NCBI GenBank assembly: GCA_963797715.1
Contig: CAWCQS010000011.1
Coordinates: 120,802-184,801 of the forward strand
Origin: an uncultured Acidobacteriota bacterium
GTDB taxonomy: Bacteria > Acidobacteriota > Vicinamibacteria > Vicinamibacterales > 2-12-FULL-66-21
Direction of reading: 5' to 3'
Length of the DNA: 64,000 nucleotides
Under the pieces are notes generated by a model that worked only from the letters and a program-made list of their open reading frames with translations, had not been told where the DNA came from and did no database searches. Both the position numbers and the translations under genes were made by a program. Below, piece by piece: positions 10,634 through 20,735 of the stretch. The stretch's first letter is position 1. Each line of letters begins with the position of its first letter.

Positions 10634-11830
10634 TCAGTGCTGCAGGCGGCCGCCGACACTCAGCCCGCTTGGCACGCGCTCCGGGACACGTCGATCGAAG
10701 TTCGGATCGTCTAACGCACTCAGGAATGCAATGACGTCCTGCTGACCCCGGCCGCGCATGTTCAACTGACGTGCCAGCGGGTCAATCTGATCGCGGCCCA
10801 CCTGGGCGTTGATCGCACGTGCGCCGCCACCGCCTCGACGTCCCACGCCGCGGCTGATTCGCTGATAGAAGTTGATGACCTCAGGAAGAGTCGCGAATGC
10901 GCCGTTGTGCATGTACGGAGCGGTTGCGCTCAGGTTGCGCAGCGAGGGCGTGCGGAATGCGTATGTCTTGTTCACACCCGAGTCCGATTCCGGCAGCTTT
11001 GCGTTGTCGGGCACTGCGAGCACGTGCGTGGCAAAGTCCGATAGCATCGGTCCGTTGTGACAGTTGACGCATCCTATGGACTGGAAGCGCTCCAAGCCAC
11101 GGACCTGCTCGGCGTTCAGCGCAGTGGTGTCGCCGCGCATGTAGCGGTCGAACGGTGCGTCTGCAGCCACGAGCGTCCGTTGGAACGCCGCGAGCGCGCG
11201 CCCAAGGTTGCGGTCATCCACGGGCCGGTTTCCTCCGAAGGCGCGAGCAAACCTTCGCCGGTACTCCGGGATGGCATTCAGCCGCGAGACGACGGTCGAA
11301 ACGGCGCGGTCCTCGGCATACGTGCCGCCACGCATCTCATCCAGTGCCTTGATCGGCTCGAGCGCCTGCGCTTCCAGACTGCGAACCCTGAGATCCCAGA
11401 ACATCGGTGCTGTGGCTGCGAGCGCCTCGGTCCCGGTCGTCAGTCCATTGAACGCGACGTTCAGGATGGTCTGGCTGTTGCGCTTGACGAGTCGCGGCGC
11501 GTGTCCGCTGACGAACGTCCTTGCCGGGCCAAGTCCGGCGCCGCTGGCGCCGATCGACAGATCGAGCCCGTCGGAATACCCGAACGCGGGATGATGGCAC
11601 GTTGCGCACGCGACGTCCTTCTGGCCCGAGAGAATCGGATCCCAGAACAATAGACGACCCAGCTCAACACGTTCCGGCGTCGATGGATTGTCGGCCGGCG
11701 CGGTTGCTTCGGCCGGAAGGGCAGCGAGACGAGCCTGCGCAGCTGTTGTCGACCGGCTCGCCGAGCCGACGATCACCGTGCCGCAAGCCACCGACACCGA
11801 AACGACCCGCAGTAAGCCCATCCTCCGCAT
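10634..11830 (-). CDS. Di-heme cytochrome c peroxidase / MauG family protein
   Basis: Signal peptide; LGRLLFWDPILS..CATCH; CVNCH; FRTPSLRNLSATAPYMHNG. Confidence 0.92.
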   Translation of the reverse strand: MRRMGLLRVVSVSVACGTVIVGSASRSTTAAQARLAALPAEATAPADNPSTPERVELGRLLFWDPILSGQKDVACATCHHPAFGYSDGLDLSIGASGAGLGPARTFVSGHAPRLVKRNSQTILNVAFNGLTTGTEALAATAPMFWDLRVRSLEAQALEPIKALDEMRGGTYAEDRAVSTVVSRLNAIPEYRRRFARAFGGNRPVDDRNLGRALAAFQRTLVAADAPFDRYMRGDTTALNAEQVRGLERFQSIGCVNCHNGPMLSDFATHVLAVPDNAKLPESDSGVNKTYAFRTPSLRNLSATAPYMHNGAFATLPEVINFYQRISRGVGRRGGGGARAINAQVGRDQIDPLARQLNMRGRGQQDVIAFLSALDDPNFDRRVPERVPSGLSVGGRLQH

Positions 11831-11844
11831 GCGAACTCCGTTCG

Positions 11845-12522
11845 CTAGTCGCGCCACACGACGCCTCGTTGGGCGAGGACGTCGCGCAGGCCGTAAATGT
11901 CCAACCCGAGTTCCCCGGCTTTTAGACGCTCGCGCGTGCGGTTTTCTTTCGCGAGCCGCTGATCGACCGCGGCAACGACAGCTTTGGCCGAGTCGCGCGG
12001 CACCACGACGACGCCATCGGCATCGCCAACGATGACATCACCAGGCGAGACGGAAGCGCCGGCGCAGACGATAGGGACGTTGACACTGCCGGCGTTCGTC
12101 TTCGAGGTGCCTTGTGCCGAGACCGCCTTGGACCAGACGGGGAAGTCGAGGGCAGCGAGCTCGGTCGTGTCGCGTACGCCGGCGTCGATGACCAGCCCAG
12201 TCACTCCATGGGCCAGGCACGATTGCGCCATCAACTCGCCGAACATGCCGTCGGTTGATTCGGAGGACGTCGCGACCACGAGCACATCTCCGGCCTGAAC
12301 CACGGCGAGCGCGGCGTGAATCATCAAGTTGTCGCCGGGAGCACAGAGCACCGTGACGGCGCTGCCGGCGACACGCGCGGCGGCGTAGATCGGCCGCATG
12401 TATGGACGAAGCAGCCCATTCCGCCCTTGTGCTTCGTGGACAGTGGCCACGCCGGCAGAGCCGAGTTGGCTGATATCACTCGGATCGGCGCGGGCGATCG
12501 TTCGAACAATCATCGGCGTCAT
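11845..12522 (-). CDS. galC: 4-carboxy-4-hydroxy-2-oxoadipate aldolase (HMG/CHA aldolase, GalC/LigK, RraA fold)
   Basis: GVATVHEAQGR, PGDNLMIH, GMFGEL, IDAGVRD, PGDVIVGDADGVVVVP, GELGLDIY. Confidence 0.9.
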   Translation of the reverse strand: MTPMIVRTIARADPSDISQLGSAGVATVHEAQGRNGLLRPYMRPIYAAARVAGSAVTVLCAPGDNLMIHAALAVVQAGDVLVVATSSESTDGMFGELMAQSCLAHGVTGLVIDAGVRDTTELAALDFPVWSKAVSAQGTSKTNAGSVNVPIVCAGASVSPGDVIVGDADGVVVVPRDSAKAVVAAVDQRLAKENRTRERLKAGELGLDIYGLRDVLAQRGVVWRD

Positions 12523-13241
12523 GACAGCTCGCTGGTCACGTGTGGAAAGACACGTTGGTATGCCTCGGCGTGCGCGATCCCCTTGCGTCCGGAATTCCGC
12601 ACCGCCTGCGTGCCGCGCCGACGACTGAGGTCGGAGTAGTAGTCGACCAGGTGTCGCTGCGCTTCCATCGATTCCATTGCCTGGCGCTTGCGATCCCAGA
12701 CGGGTGTGATGTCGAGCAGCACGTCAGGTTTGAAATCGCACTGTTCCGGCTGGTGCGGCTCGAACATGAACACCGGCGGTGCGCCCAGCGGCGGTCCCGG
12801 CAACGGGTAGCCTTCGGCCTGCGCGAAGACACGCGTCTGGAGAGAAATCTGATTTGCTGCCGGGTGGTCGGGATTGTAGGGATCGTTGTAGGTGTGCGTC
12901 AGCACGATCGCCGGCCGGCAGGTGCGGTACTCCTGAACCAGCGCGTCGAGCAAGTCGTCGGTTGCGCGCAGCGGATAGTCGCCGGCGTCGAAAAACCGCA
13001 CCTCAGCGCCGAGCAGACCGGCCGCGCGCTCCGACTCGGCGCGGCGAATCTCCTTGACGCGCTCGACGGTCATGCCCGGCTCTTTCCACGCGCCCTGGCT
13101 TTCGCCGCGTTCGCCGAACGACAGGCACAGGATGCGCACGCGATGCCCGCGCGACGCGTAAAGGGCAATGGCGCCGCCGGCACGCCAGACGAAGTCGGCG
13201 GCGTGGGCGCTGAAGACGATGACAGTGGAGGAGTCGTTCAT
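12519..13241 (-). CDS. galB: 4-oxalmesaconate hydratase (PIG-L/LmbE family)
   Basis: SAHAADFVWRAGGAIA, LSFGERGES, DPYNPDHP, FEPHQPEQC; ATGA overlap with galC. Confidence 0.88.
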   Translation of the reverse strand: MNDSSTVIVFSAHAADFVWRAGGAIALYASRGHRVRILCLSFGERGESQGAWKEPGMTVERVKEIRRAESERAAGLLGAEVRFFDAGDYPLRATDDLLDALVQEYRTCRPAIVLTHTYNDPYNPDHPAANQISLQTRVFAQAEGYPLPGPPLGAPPVFMFEPHQPEQCDFKPDVLLDITPVWDRKRQAMESMEAQRHLVDYYSDLSRRRGTQAVRNSGRKGIAHAEAYQRVFPHVTSELS

Positions 13242-13256
13242 GGCGCGACGCGACCG

Positions 13257-13300
13257 ATTATAGGAGCCGATTGAACGCCTGTGCAATCCGGCGGTATGAT
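13257..13300. promoter_or_regulatory. Overlapping divergent sigma70 promoters for galB (-) and tetR (+)
   Basis: Plus: TTGAAC-N18-TATGAT (13271-13300), 7 nt before GTG 13308. Minus: TTGCAC-N18-TATAAT (13286-13257). Confidence 0.6.
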
Positions 13301-13307
13301 GGCGCCC

Positions 13308-14057
13308 GTGACGACGATTCGACGAGCCGCCCAACCGTGGGCGGCCTCCGAGCCACCCGCGTCCGAGACACGTGAGTTGCTCCTGGCCGCGGCCGAACGC
13401 CTGTTCGCCGAGGGCGGTTTCGCCAGGGTGTCGGTGCGGATGATCGCGGCCGAGGCCGGCGTGAATTGGTCGCTCGTCGGCTACCACTTTCGCGGCAAAG
13501 ACGGATTACTCGCCGAAGTGTACCGGCGTCACTGCACGACGTTGAACCGCGAGCGTGTAAGGCTGCTGACGGAAGCCCGGCGCGCTGGCCTGGCGCTCGA
13601 GTCTGTGATCGAAGCGTTCGTCCGGCCCGCCCTCACCGAGATCCGCGGCGGCGATGGCAAAAATCACTACTCACGGTTGCGCGCCATGCTCGCCGCCGAA
13701 GACGCGCCGCTCTTTACGCAACTCGTGACCGAGAATTTTGATCAGTCCAGCCGGACGTTTGTCGCCGCGCTGCGCGAGTGTCTGCCCGGCCTTCCCGCGG
13801 ACGAGGTGCTGTGGCGATTCCATTTCATGCTGGGGACGATCTACTACTCGGCGAGCAGCCCACAGCGCATCAAGGCGTTTTCGCGCGGCCGCTGCGATCC
13901 CAGCGACGTGGAGGCCACGGTGCGGCACCTGGTGCCGTTCCTCGCCGCGGCGTTCCGTTCCGGGGCGGTCGGAAGCCCGGCCACTCGTCGTCGTGGCACA
14001 CGGGCAAAGCGTAGTGGCCCGCACAGCCGCCGGCGCGCCGGTGACGCCAAGGGCTAG
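13308..14057 (+). CDS. TetR/AcrR family transcriptional regulator
   Basis: LLAAAERLFAEGGFARVSVRMIAAEAGVNWSLVGYHFRGKDGL HTH; start could also be ATG 13296/13299. Confidence 0.92.
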   Translation: MTTIRRAAQPWAASEPPASETRELLLAAAERLFAEGGFARVSVRMIAAEAGVNWSLVGYHFRGKDGLLAEVYRRHCTTLNRERVRLLTEARRAGLALESVIEAFVRPALTEIRGGDGKNHYSRLRAMLAAEDAPLFTQLVTENFDQSSRTFVAALRECLPGLPADEVLWRFHFMLGTIYYSASSPQRIKAFSRGRCDPSDVEATVRHLVPFLAAAFRSGAVGSPATRRRGTRAKRSGPHSRRRAGDAKG

Positions 14058-14061
14058 GAAA

Positions 14062-14940
14062 ATGCCGACGCGCGTTCCATGGCGCACGCTCCTCGGCGAC
14101 TATCCGACCACACACGCGTTACGACAAGGCACGCTTGCGTCGCCCGTCGTGGCCCTCGACTTCGCCGACGTGGCGGTGCCGAACAAGGCGTTCAAGCGGG
14201 TGGTTCGCGATCTCGAGTTCGACGTCGCGGAGTTGGCGCTCATGACGTTTCTCATGGCCCGTTCCCGTGGCGTGCCGCTGCGCCTGCTCCCGGTCGTCGT
14301 GTTCAGCCGCAACCCTCTTCCGCATCTCGTCTGCGACGCCGAGCGCCGCCGGATCGCACCAGCCGAGTTGGCCGGATGCCGTATTGGCGTCCGCGCCTAC
14401 ACCACGACGACCGCGGTGTGGGTCCGTGCGCTGATCGGCGATCAGTTCGGCGTGGCGAGTGATGGCGCGGCATGGATAACGCTCGAGGAAGGACACGTTG
14501 CCGGCGTCGTGGATCCGAAGACGGTCAGCCGCGCCGGCCCTGGTGCCGACCTGATGACGATGCTGGGTAATGGCGCCATCGATGTGGCCATCGTCGATCC
14601 GGTGCCGCCGGGACCGCGATTTGCCCCGGTCGTCCCGGACCCGGAAACAACGTTCCGCGCGTGGCAGCACACGCATCACGCAGTCACGCTCAACCACGTG
14701 ATCGTTGTGCGCGAGTCGCTCGCGAGAGACGACGAGGCCATGCAGGAACTGTTCAGGCTCTTTCGAGAAAGCCAGGACATCGCCGGCGATGCGGTCGACC
14801 GCGGCTCGACGCCGCTTGGACTCGAAGCCAACCGCCGCAATCTCGAAGTGGCTATCGCCGTCGCCGATGCGCAAGGTCTGCTGGCGCGTCAGCTCACTGT
14901 CGACGATCTCGTAACGGATGTCGTAGCGTCACTTCAATAG
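14062..14940 (+). CDS. 4,5-dihydroxyphthalate decarboxylase-like protein (PBP2 fold, no signal peptide)
   Basis: LGDYPTTHALRQG, FKRVVRDLEFDVAELAL, RIGVRAYTTTTAVWVR, NHVIVVR, PLGLEANR. Confidence 0.75.
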   Translation: MPTRVPWRTLLGDYPTTHALRQGTLASPVVALDFADVAVPNKAFKRVVRDLEFDVAELALMTFLMARSRGVPLRLLPVVVFSRNPLPHLVCDAERRRIAPAELAGCRIGVRAYTTTTAVWVRALIGDQFGVASDGAAWITLEEGHVAGVVDPKTVSRAGPGADLMTMLGNGAIDVAIVDPVPPGPRFAPVVPDPETTFRAWQHTHHAVTLNHVIVVRESLARDDEAMQELFRLFRESQDIAGDAVDRGSTPLGLEANRRNLEVAIAVADAQGLLARQLTVDDLVTDVVASLQ

Positions 14941-14964
14941 TCACTCGCGAGAGGACCCATAGAG

Positions 14965-15954
14965 ATGACCGGTCTGTCGTCCGCCATTCCATTTCCCCGC
15001 TTTGGCGATGTCGCCCACGTTGGCCACATCGAGCTGTTCACGCCGAAGCCGGATGAGAGCCTGACATTTTTCACGTCGGTGGTCGGACTCCACGAGTCGG
15101 GGCGCGCGGGAGATTCCGTGTACCTCCGAGGCTGGGGCGACTACGAATGGCACACGCTCAAGCTGACGGCGCACACGACGTCCGGCCTGGGCCATCTGGG
15201 CCTGCGCGTCCGCGACGACGCGACGCTTCAGCGTTTCGTTGCGCGGCTCGAGGCGCATCACGTGCCCGGTCGGTGGATAGAAGATGTCGCGCACGGGCCG
15301 GCCTACCGGTGCGCGACGCCGGATGGTCACGCGGTGGAGTTGTACTGGGAGACGCGACGGTTCACGGCAACGCCTGACGTGGCGACGGCATTCAAGAATC
15401 AGCCCCAACGCTACGTGCCACGCGGCATCGCGCCGCGCCGGCTCGACCACCTCAATATCCTCGCGCGGGACGTCTCGTCGACTCGCCGCTTCTTTCACGA
15501 CCTGCTTGGACTGCGGCTGACGGAGCAGATCATCTTCGACGATGGGACGGAGATGGGCGCGTGGCTCTCGGCGACGAACAAGTCGTACGACGTCGCCATC
15601 ACTCACGACCGCAGCGGAGCGTCGGGACGGCTGCACCACATCACTTACGCGATGGACAGTCGCGAGGACGTGCTCCGAGCCGCAGATGTCCTGCGCGATG
15701 CCGATGTGCCGATCGAAACCGGTCCGCACAAGCACTCGATTGGCCAAACGTTTTTCCTGTATTGCTACGAGCCCGGAGGGAACCGGTTCGAAATCGGCGC
15801 GGGCGGTTACTTGATTCTCGATCCGGACTGGAAGCCCGTGGTCTGGACGCAGGCAGAACGCGCCAAGGGACAGGCGTGGGGGCTGCAGACGGTCAGTACG
15901 TTTCACACTCATGGTACGCCTCCGGTGCCAGCCCCCGAACCCAGTGCTCGCTGA
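14965..15954 (+). CDS. Catechol 2,3-dioxygenase-like VOC extradiol dioxygenase
   Basis: AHVGHIEL, VYLRGWGDY; metal-ligand motifs RRLDHLN, RLHHITY and EPGGNRFEIGAGG. Confidence 0.92.
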   Translation: MTGLSSAIPFPRFGDVAHVGHIELFTPKPDESLTFFTSVVGLHESGRAGDSVYLRGWGDYEWHTLKLTAHTTSGLGHLGLRVRDDATLQRFVARLEAHHVPGRWIEDVAHGPAYRCATPDGHAVELYWETRRFTATPDVATAFKNQPQRYVPRGIAPRRLDHLNILARDVSSTRRFFHDLLGLRLTEQIIFDDGTEMGAWLSATNKSYDVAITHDRSGASGRLHHITYAMDSREDVLRAADVLRDADVPIETGPHKHSIGQTFFLYCYEPGGNRFEIGAGGYLILDPDWKPVVWTQAERAKGQAWGLQTVSTFHTHGTPPVPAPEPSAR

Positions 15955-15967
15955 ACGCACCAGCCTC

Positions 15968-17516
15968 ATGCGCCATCGTCTCGCTCGGTTGACGATCGCA
16001 GCGATCGTCACCGCATGTCTCGTCGCGCCATGTGCACAAACGACGACCGTTTCGCCGTCCGTGAGTTGTGAATCGCTGGCGAAAGTGGTGCTAGCGCAGG
16101 CGACGGTTACGAGCGCCGAAGCCCTCGCCGCCGGCTTTACGCCGCCGTCAGGGCGGGGCGGTCGTGGCCGCGGCGGCACAGCGCTTCCGCTCCCGCCGTT
16201 CTGTCGCGTGGCGGCGACGCTCACGCCGACAGCGCAGTCGGACATCAAGGTGGAAGTGTGGCTGCCGCTCGACTGGAACGGTCGTCTACTCGAAGTGGGC
16301 AACGGGGGCTGGGCCGGCTCCATCAATTACGGAGGCATGGGTACGGCGCTGGCGGCCGGCTTCGCGACCGCCAGCACGGATACAGGACACACCGGCGGTA
16401 GCCCGAGTTTCGCGATCGAAAGGCCTGAGGCCGTCATCGACTACGGTTATCGTGCCGTTCACGAGATGACGGTCAAGGTCAAGGCGCTGATTTCGTCGTA
16501 TTACGGACGGCCGGCCCAGGTACTCCTATTGGGACGGTTGTTCTACTGGCGGCAAGCAGGGACTCACGTCCGCGCAACGCTATCCGGAGGACTTCAACGG
16601 CATCGTCGCCGGCGCGCCGGCGAACTACATGATTCATCTGCACGCGGCGCAGACGGCGATCGCGCAGGCGCTCGACCGAACCCCTGGGAGCCGTGTTCCG
16701 GCTGAGAAGTTTCCGATGCTCCATGCGGCGGTCGTGGCCGCTTGTGACGCAAGTGACGGCTTGATGGATGGCGTGATCGATGACCCGCGGAAATGTTCGT
16801 TCGACCCCGGCACTGTGCAGTGCAAGGGTGGTGATGAGCCGACGTGTTTGACCTCCGATCAGGTGGAAACCGTGCGTATGATCTACCGGACGCTTACGCA
16901 CCCGAAGACCGGCGCCGAGATCTTTCCAGGCCTGATGCCAGGATCCGAGGCGCTCTGGCCGACGTCGGTCGCCCAGCCGATTCCGTTTCCAATGCAGACC
17001 TTTCAGTACGTCGTGTTCAAGAACCCGGCGTGGGACTACCACACGTTCAACGTCGCGACGGATGTGGATCTTGCAGACCGGGTCGACGGCGGCGTCAACA
17101 ACGCAATCGATCCGAACCTCGCGCCGTTCTTCAAACGCGGGGGCAAGCTCCTCATCTACCACGGTTGGAGCGACCACCACATTTCGCCGGTCAACAGCAT
17201 CAATTACTACGACAGCGTGCTGAAGGCTGTCCCCGATCCGACGGTGACGTCCTCCTCCATCCGATTGTTCATGGCGCCCGGGATGGCGCACTGCGGCGGC
17301 GGCGATGGTCCCGATACGTTCGATCGTGTCGGAGCGATTCGCGCGTGGGTTGAGAACGGGTCCGCGCCGGATCGGCTGGTGGCGACGAAGGCCTCTGGTG
17401 GGCAGACGACGCGCAGTCGGCCGCTGTGTCCTTACCCGCAGGTCGCTCGCTGGTCCGGTACCGGCAGCATGGACGACGCTGCCAATTTCAGCTGTGTCAT
17501 GCCGACGGCCCGATGA
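15968..17516 (+). CDS. Tannase/feruloyl esterase family hydrolase (apparent frameshift ~16520)
   Basis: Signal peptide; WNGRLLEVGNGG, STDTGH, YWDGCSTGGKQG, YHGWSD, PGMAHCGGG (CS-D-HC motif), RPLCPYP. Confidence 0.92.
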
Positions 17517-17546
17517 ATCCGTTTCACCGAAGTGAGGGTGCTTGTG

Positions 17547-18486
17547 ATGAACCGCAGAGAATTCCTCGAAACAGTCGCTGCCGCCGCCGTCGTTCCGGCG
17601 CTCGCCCGCCAGGGCGCGACATCGAACGAGTGGGGCTCGCCCGTGTTCGACCTGCACTTCCATCTGCGTCCACAACCGGCAGCCAACCTGGCGCATCTCG
17701 ACGGAGCCGGCGTGACCAAGGCAAATCTGCTCACGCGCGGCGCCGCGCTCGAACAGGTGAAGGCGGTGCAGGCCGCAGCGCCTGGCCGATTCACCTGGTT
17801 CAACAGCTACGACGTGACCAAGCCCGATGCCGAACAGGTGCTGACGCAGGCGGTGAAGGATGGCGCGCAGGGCTTCGGCGAATTGAAGTTTCATGTCGCG
17901 GCCGACGGTCCGGAGCTGCGCCGCATCTACGCACTGGCCGCCGATCTGCGGGTGCCGATCCTGATTCACTTTCAGGAAGTGGATCACTTCCCGAACGAAG
18001 GTACGTGGAGCACCGGGTTCGCGAAGACGTTCGATTCGATCCTCAAGGCTTATCCGAAGACCACCTTCATCGGCCACGCGGATGCGTTCTGGGCCAACGT
18101 CAGCGCGGACTACCACAACGAGGCGGCGTATCCTTCTGGTCCAATCGCGCGAGGCGGGCTGACCGACAAGTGGCTGGGCGACCATCCCAATCTCTTCGCC
18201 GACATGTCGGCAAATTCCGGCAACAACGCGATGTCCCGCGATCCGGAATTCACGGCCGACTTCATCAAGCGTCATCAAGACAAGCTGCTCTTCGGTAGCG
18301 ACTGCGCCTGCGTCGACGGCCACGGCGGGGGAGTCAGCCAGAACAACAACCCGGCGGCGGCCCGGATGGTCGGCAAGTGCGTCGCGCGCGAGACTTTGAG
18401 CCTGCTGAAACGTTCCACGTCGCCGCGACGTATTCCAGAAGGTCGTGTGGGGCAACGCGCACAAGCTGCTGCGGATTCCGTCCTAG
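17547..18486 (+). CDS. Tat-exported amidohydrolase_2 family protein (frameshift near C-terminus)
   Basis: MNRREFL Tat motif; DLHFH, GELK, LIH, FIGH, LLFGSD; alternative frame ends GNAHKLLRIPS*. Confidence 0.85.
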
Positions 18487-18502
18487 CGCGGCTCGGAGCG
18501 AA

Positions 18503-18532
18503 TTGCACGCTCGTTCAATCCAGGTGTATGAT
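18503..18532 (+). promoter_or_regulatory. sigma70-type promoter of the carboxylesterase gene
   Basis: TTGCAC-N18-TATGAT. Confidence 0.5.
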
Positions 18533-18573
18533 GCGCGCCGCGTGTTCCCCGTCAGTCATTGGAGAGCAAGCTG

Positions 18574-20316
18574 ATGTCTAAAGAGAACTCCACCGGACAG
18601 CCACGACCAGTCGCAAGCATCGATCGCCGGCGATGGATCACGACGACCGCGGGCCTCGCGGTCGGCGCCGCAACGGCGCCGTTGCTGTCGCGCGGCGTCG
18701 ACGGCGCAGAGCAGGCATCGCCAGCCGCGAAGCCGGCCACGTCGCGCACGGTCGTCGCGCCCAACTCAGGCAACATCGTCGAGACCGAGTGCGGCCGGAT
18801 CCGCGGGTTCTCTCGCAATGGGATCCTCACATTCAAAGGGATCCCGTACGCGGCGTCAACTGCCGGGGCGGGCCGCTACATGGCGCCGGCGAAAGCCACG
18901 CCGTGGACAGGAGTCCGAAGCTCGATGGCGCTCGGCTTTGCGTGTCCGCAGCCGTTTCACGTGCCGGAAGGCCGCCGTGTCGGCTGGTCGCGCGACGAGG
19001 AAGCGTTCATGTTCGAGTGGGACGACGGGGAACCGGGTGAGGATTGCTTGCGGGTCAACGTGTGGACGCCGTCCACGGCTGACGCGACGCGACGGCCGGT
19101 GCTCGTCTGGATCCACGGCGGCGGATACACCTCCGGCTCGTCGAACGAACTGCGGATGTACGACGGCGAAAGCCTCGCGCGGCGCGGCAACGTCGTCGTC
19201 GTGAGCCTCAACCACCGGCTGGGGCCGCTCGGTTACATGAATCTCCAGGACTACGGCGACAAGTGGAGCAACGCCGTCAATCTCGGGCAGCTCGATCTGA
19301 TCGCCGCGCTGGCGTGGGTGCAGGACAACATCGGCCGGTTCGGCGGCGATCCGTCGAAGGTTCTCATCTTTGGCCAGTCGGGAGGCGGAGGCAAGATCTC
19401 GACGCTGATGGGCATGCCGGCCGCCAAGGGGTTGTTCCAGCGCGCGGTCATTCAAAGCGGATCCAGCCTGCGGCAGTTGACGCCGGATCGATCTGCCTCC
19501 CTGTCGGCCGCAACCCTGCAGGAACTTGGGTTGTCGAAGGACACGATCGATCGACTGCAGGAACTTCCGGTCGAGGCGATCATCCAGGCGGGGCTTCGCG
19601 CGCAGCGAAAACTCCAGCCGGTGCCGGCGGCTCCCGGGACGGGCGCCGGGCTGAATTGGGGTCCAACGGTCGACGGCAAGTCGCTTCCGCGTCACGCCTG
19701 GGATCCAAGTGCTCCCGAGTACTCGGCAACTGTGCCGCTGATGGTGGGCAGCGTCCTCAACGAGTTCGGCAACAGCATCCAGGCGGGTGATCCGTCACTC
19801 GACACGATGACCGCGGACGAGATGCGGAAGCGTCTTGGCGATCAGCGGGGCGACAAGGCGGCGGCGCTTCTCGAGGTATTGCAGCGCAAGTTCCCGAAAG
19901 CCACGCCGTACGAACTGCTCTCGCGCTCAACTGGCATGACAGCGCGAATGAACGTGATCAATCAGGCGACTCGGAAGGTGCAACAGAACGGCGCGCCCGC
20001 GTACGTGTATTGGTTCGAGTGGCAGACACCCGTGCTCGATGGCCGGCCGCGCGCCTTCCATTGCGCCGAACTACCGTTCGTGTTCGCGAACACCGATCGG
20101 TGCGCGGCAATGACCGGCGGCGGAGCCGATGCGCGGGCGCTCGCAGGCAAGATGGCTGATGCCTGGGTGGCATTCGCTCGCACCGGTAACCCCAATCACC
20201 CTGGCTTGCCACAGTGGCCGGCATTTTCGGCAGAGCGGTGCGAGACGATGGTCTTTGACACGACCTCCGCCGTGAGGAACAACCCGGATCGTGAGGAGCG
20301 GGCCGCGCTCGCGTGA
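18574..20316 (+). CDS. Type-B carboxylesterase/lipase with Tat-like signal
   Basis: DRRRWI; FKGIPYA, EDCLRVNVWTP, WIHGGG, FGQSGGG, AFHCAELPFVF. Confidence 0.93.
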   Translation: MSKENSTGQPRPVASIDRRRWITTTAGLAVGAATAPLLSRGVDGAEQASPAAKPATSRTVVAPNSGNIVETECGRIRGFSRNGILTFKGIPYAASTAGAGRYMAPAKATPWTGVRSSMALGFACPQPFHVPEGRRVGWSRDEEAFMFEWDDGEPGEDCLRVNVWTPSTADATRRPVLVWIHGGGYTSGSSNELRMYDGESLARRGNVVVVSLNHRLGPLGYMNLQDYGDKWSNAVNLGQLDLIAALAWVQDNIGRFGGDPSKVLIFGQSGGGGKISTLMGMPAAKGLFQRAVIQSGSSLRQLTPDRSASLSAATLQELGLSKDTIDRLQELPVEAIIQAGLRAQRKLQPVPAAPGTGAGLNWGPTVDGKSLPRHAWDPSAPEYSATVPLMVGSVLNEFGNSIQAGDPSLDTMTADEMRKRLGDQRGDKAAALLEVLQRKFPKATPYELLSRSTGMTARMNVINQATRKVQQNGAPAYVYWFEWQTPVLDGRPRAFHCAELPFVFANTDRCAAMTGGGADARALAGKMADAWVAFARTGNPNHPGLPQWPAFSAERCETMVFDTTSAVRNNPDREERAALA

Positions 20317-20735
20317 CCTCCGATGTCGTCGGTACTAATAGAGATGGAAAGGGAGCTTCGTTCGGCGACATGATATTGCCCTGCATGCATAAATGACATG
20401 TCAGTGGCTCTTATATGGGCCGCCATATCCCGCCCGTTGGGGCGCAGTCACTCGCGTTTTGCGCGAATACACCGCGAAATAACAGGTATCTGTAAGGATG
20501 CGGCCGGATCGGCGAGCTGCCGTGTCCTCTCCCGCCGGCTCGCCTTACGATTCCCGTGTTGCATGCAGAAATGAAGCGTGCTACTTTCCGCCAATCCTAT
20601 ACAAGTGTTCAAAAGTTCGTCGCCCCTTGACTCCGCGCGTGAGTTCTTAACAGATTGTGGCCATTGCACATCGCGGTTGGCGCGGTGACAGATTCGGGGC
20701 GTATCGGTTGCCGCGATCGCCGCGGATGAGGTGAC

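Noticed and set aside
16479-18464. Long antisense ORFs (e.g. 661 aa here, 709 aa at 58519-60648, 406 aa at 49887-51107)
   Set aside because: Shadow ORFs opposite well-supported genes, expected from high-GC codon bias; no family motifs
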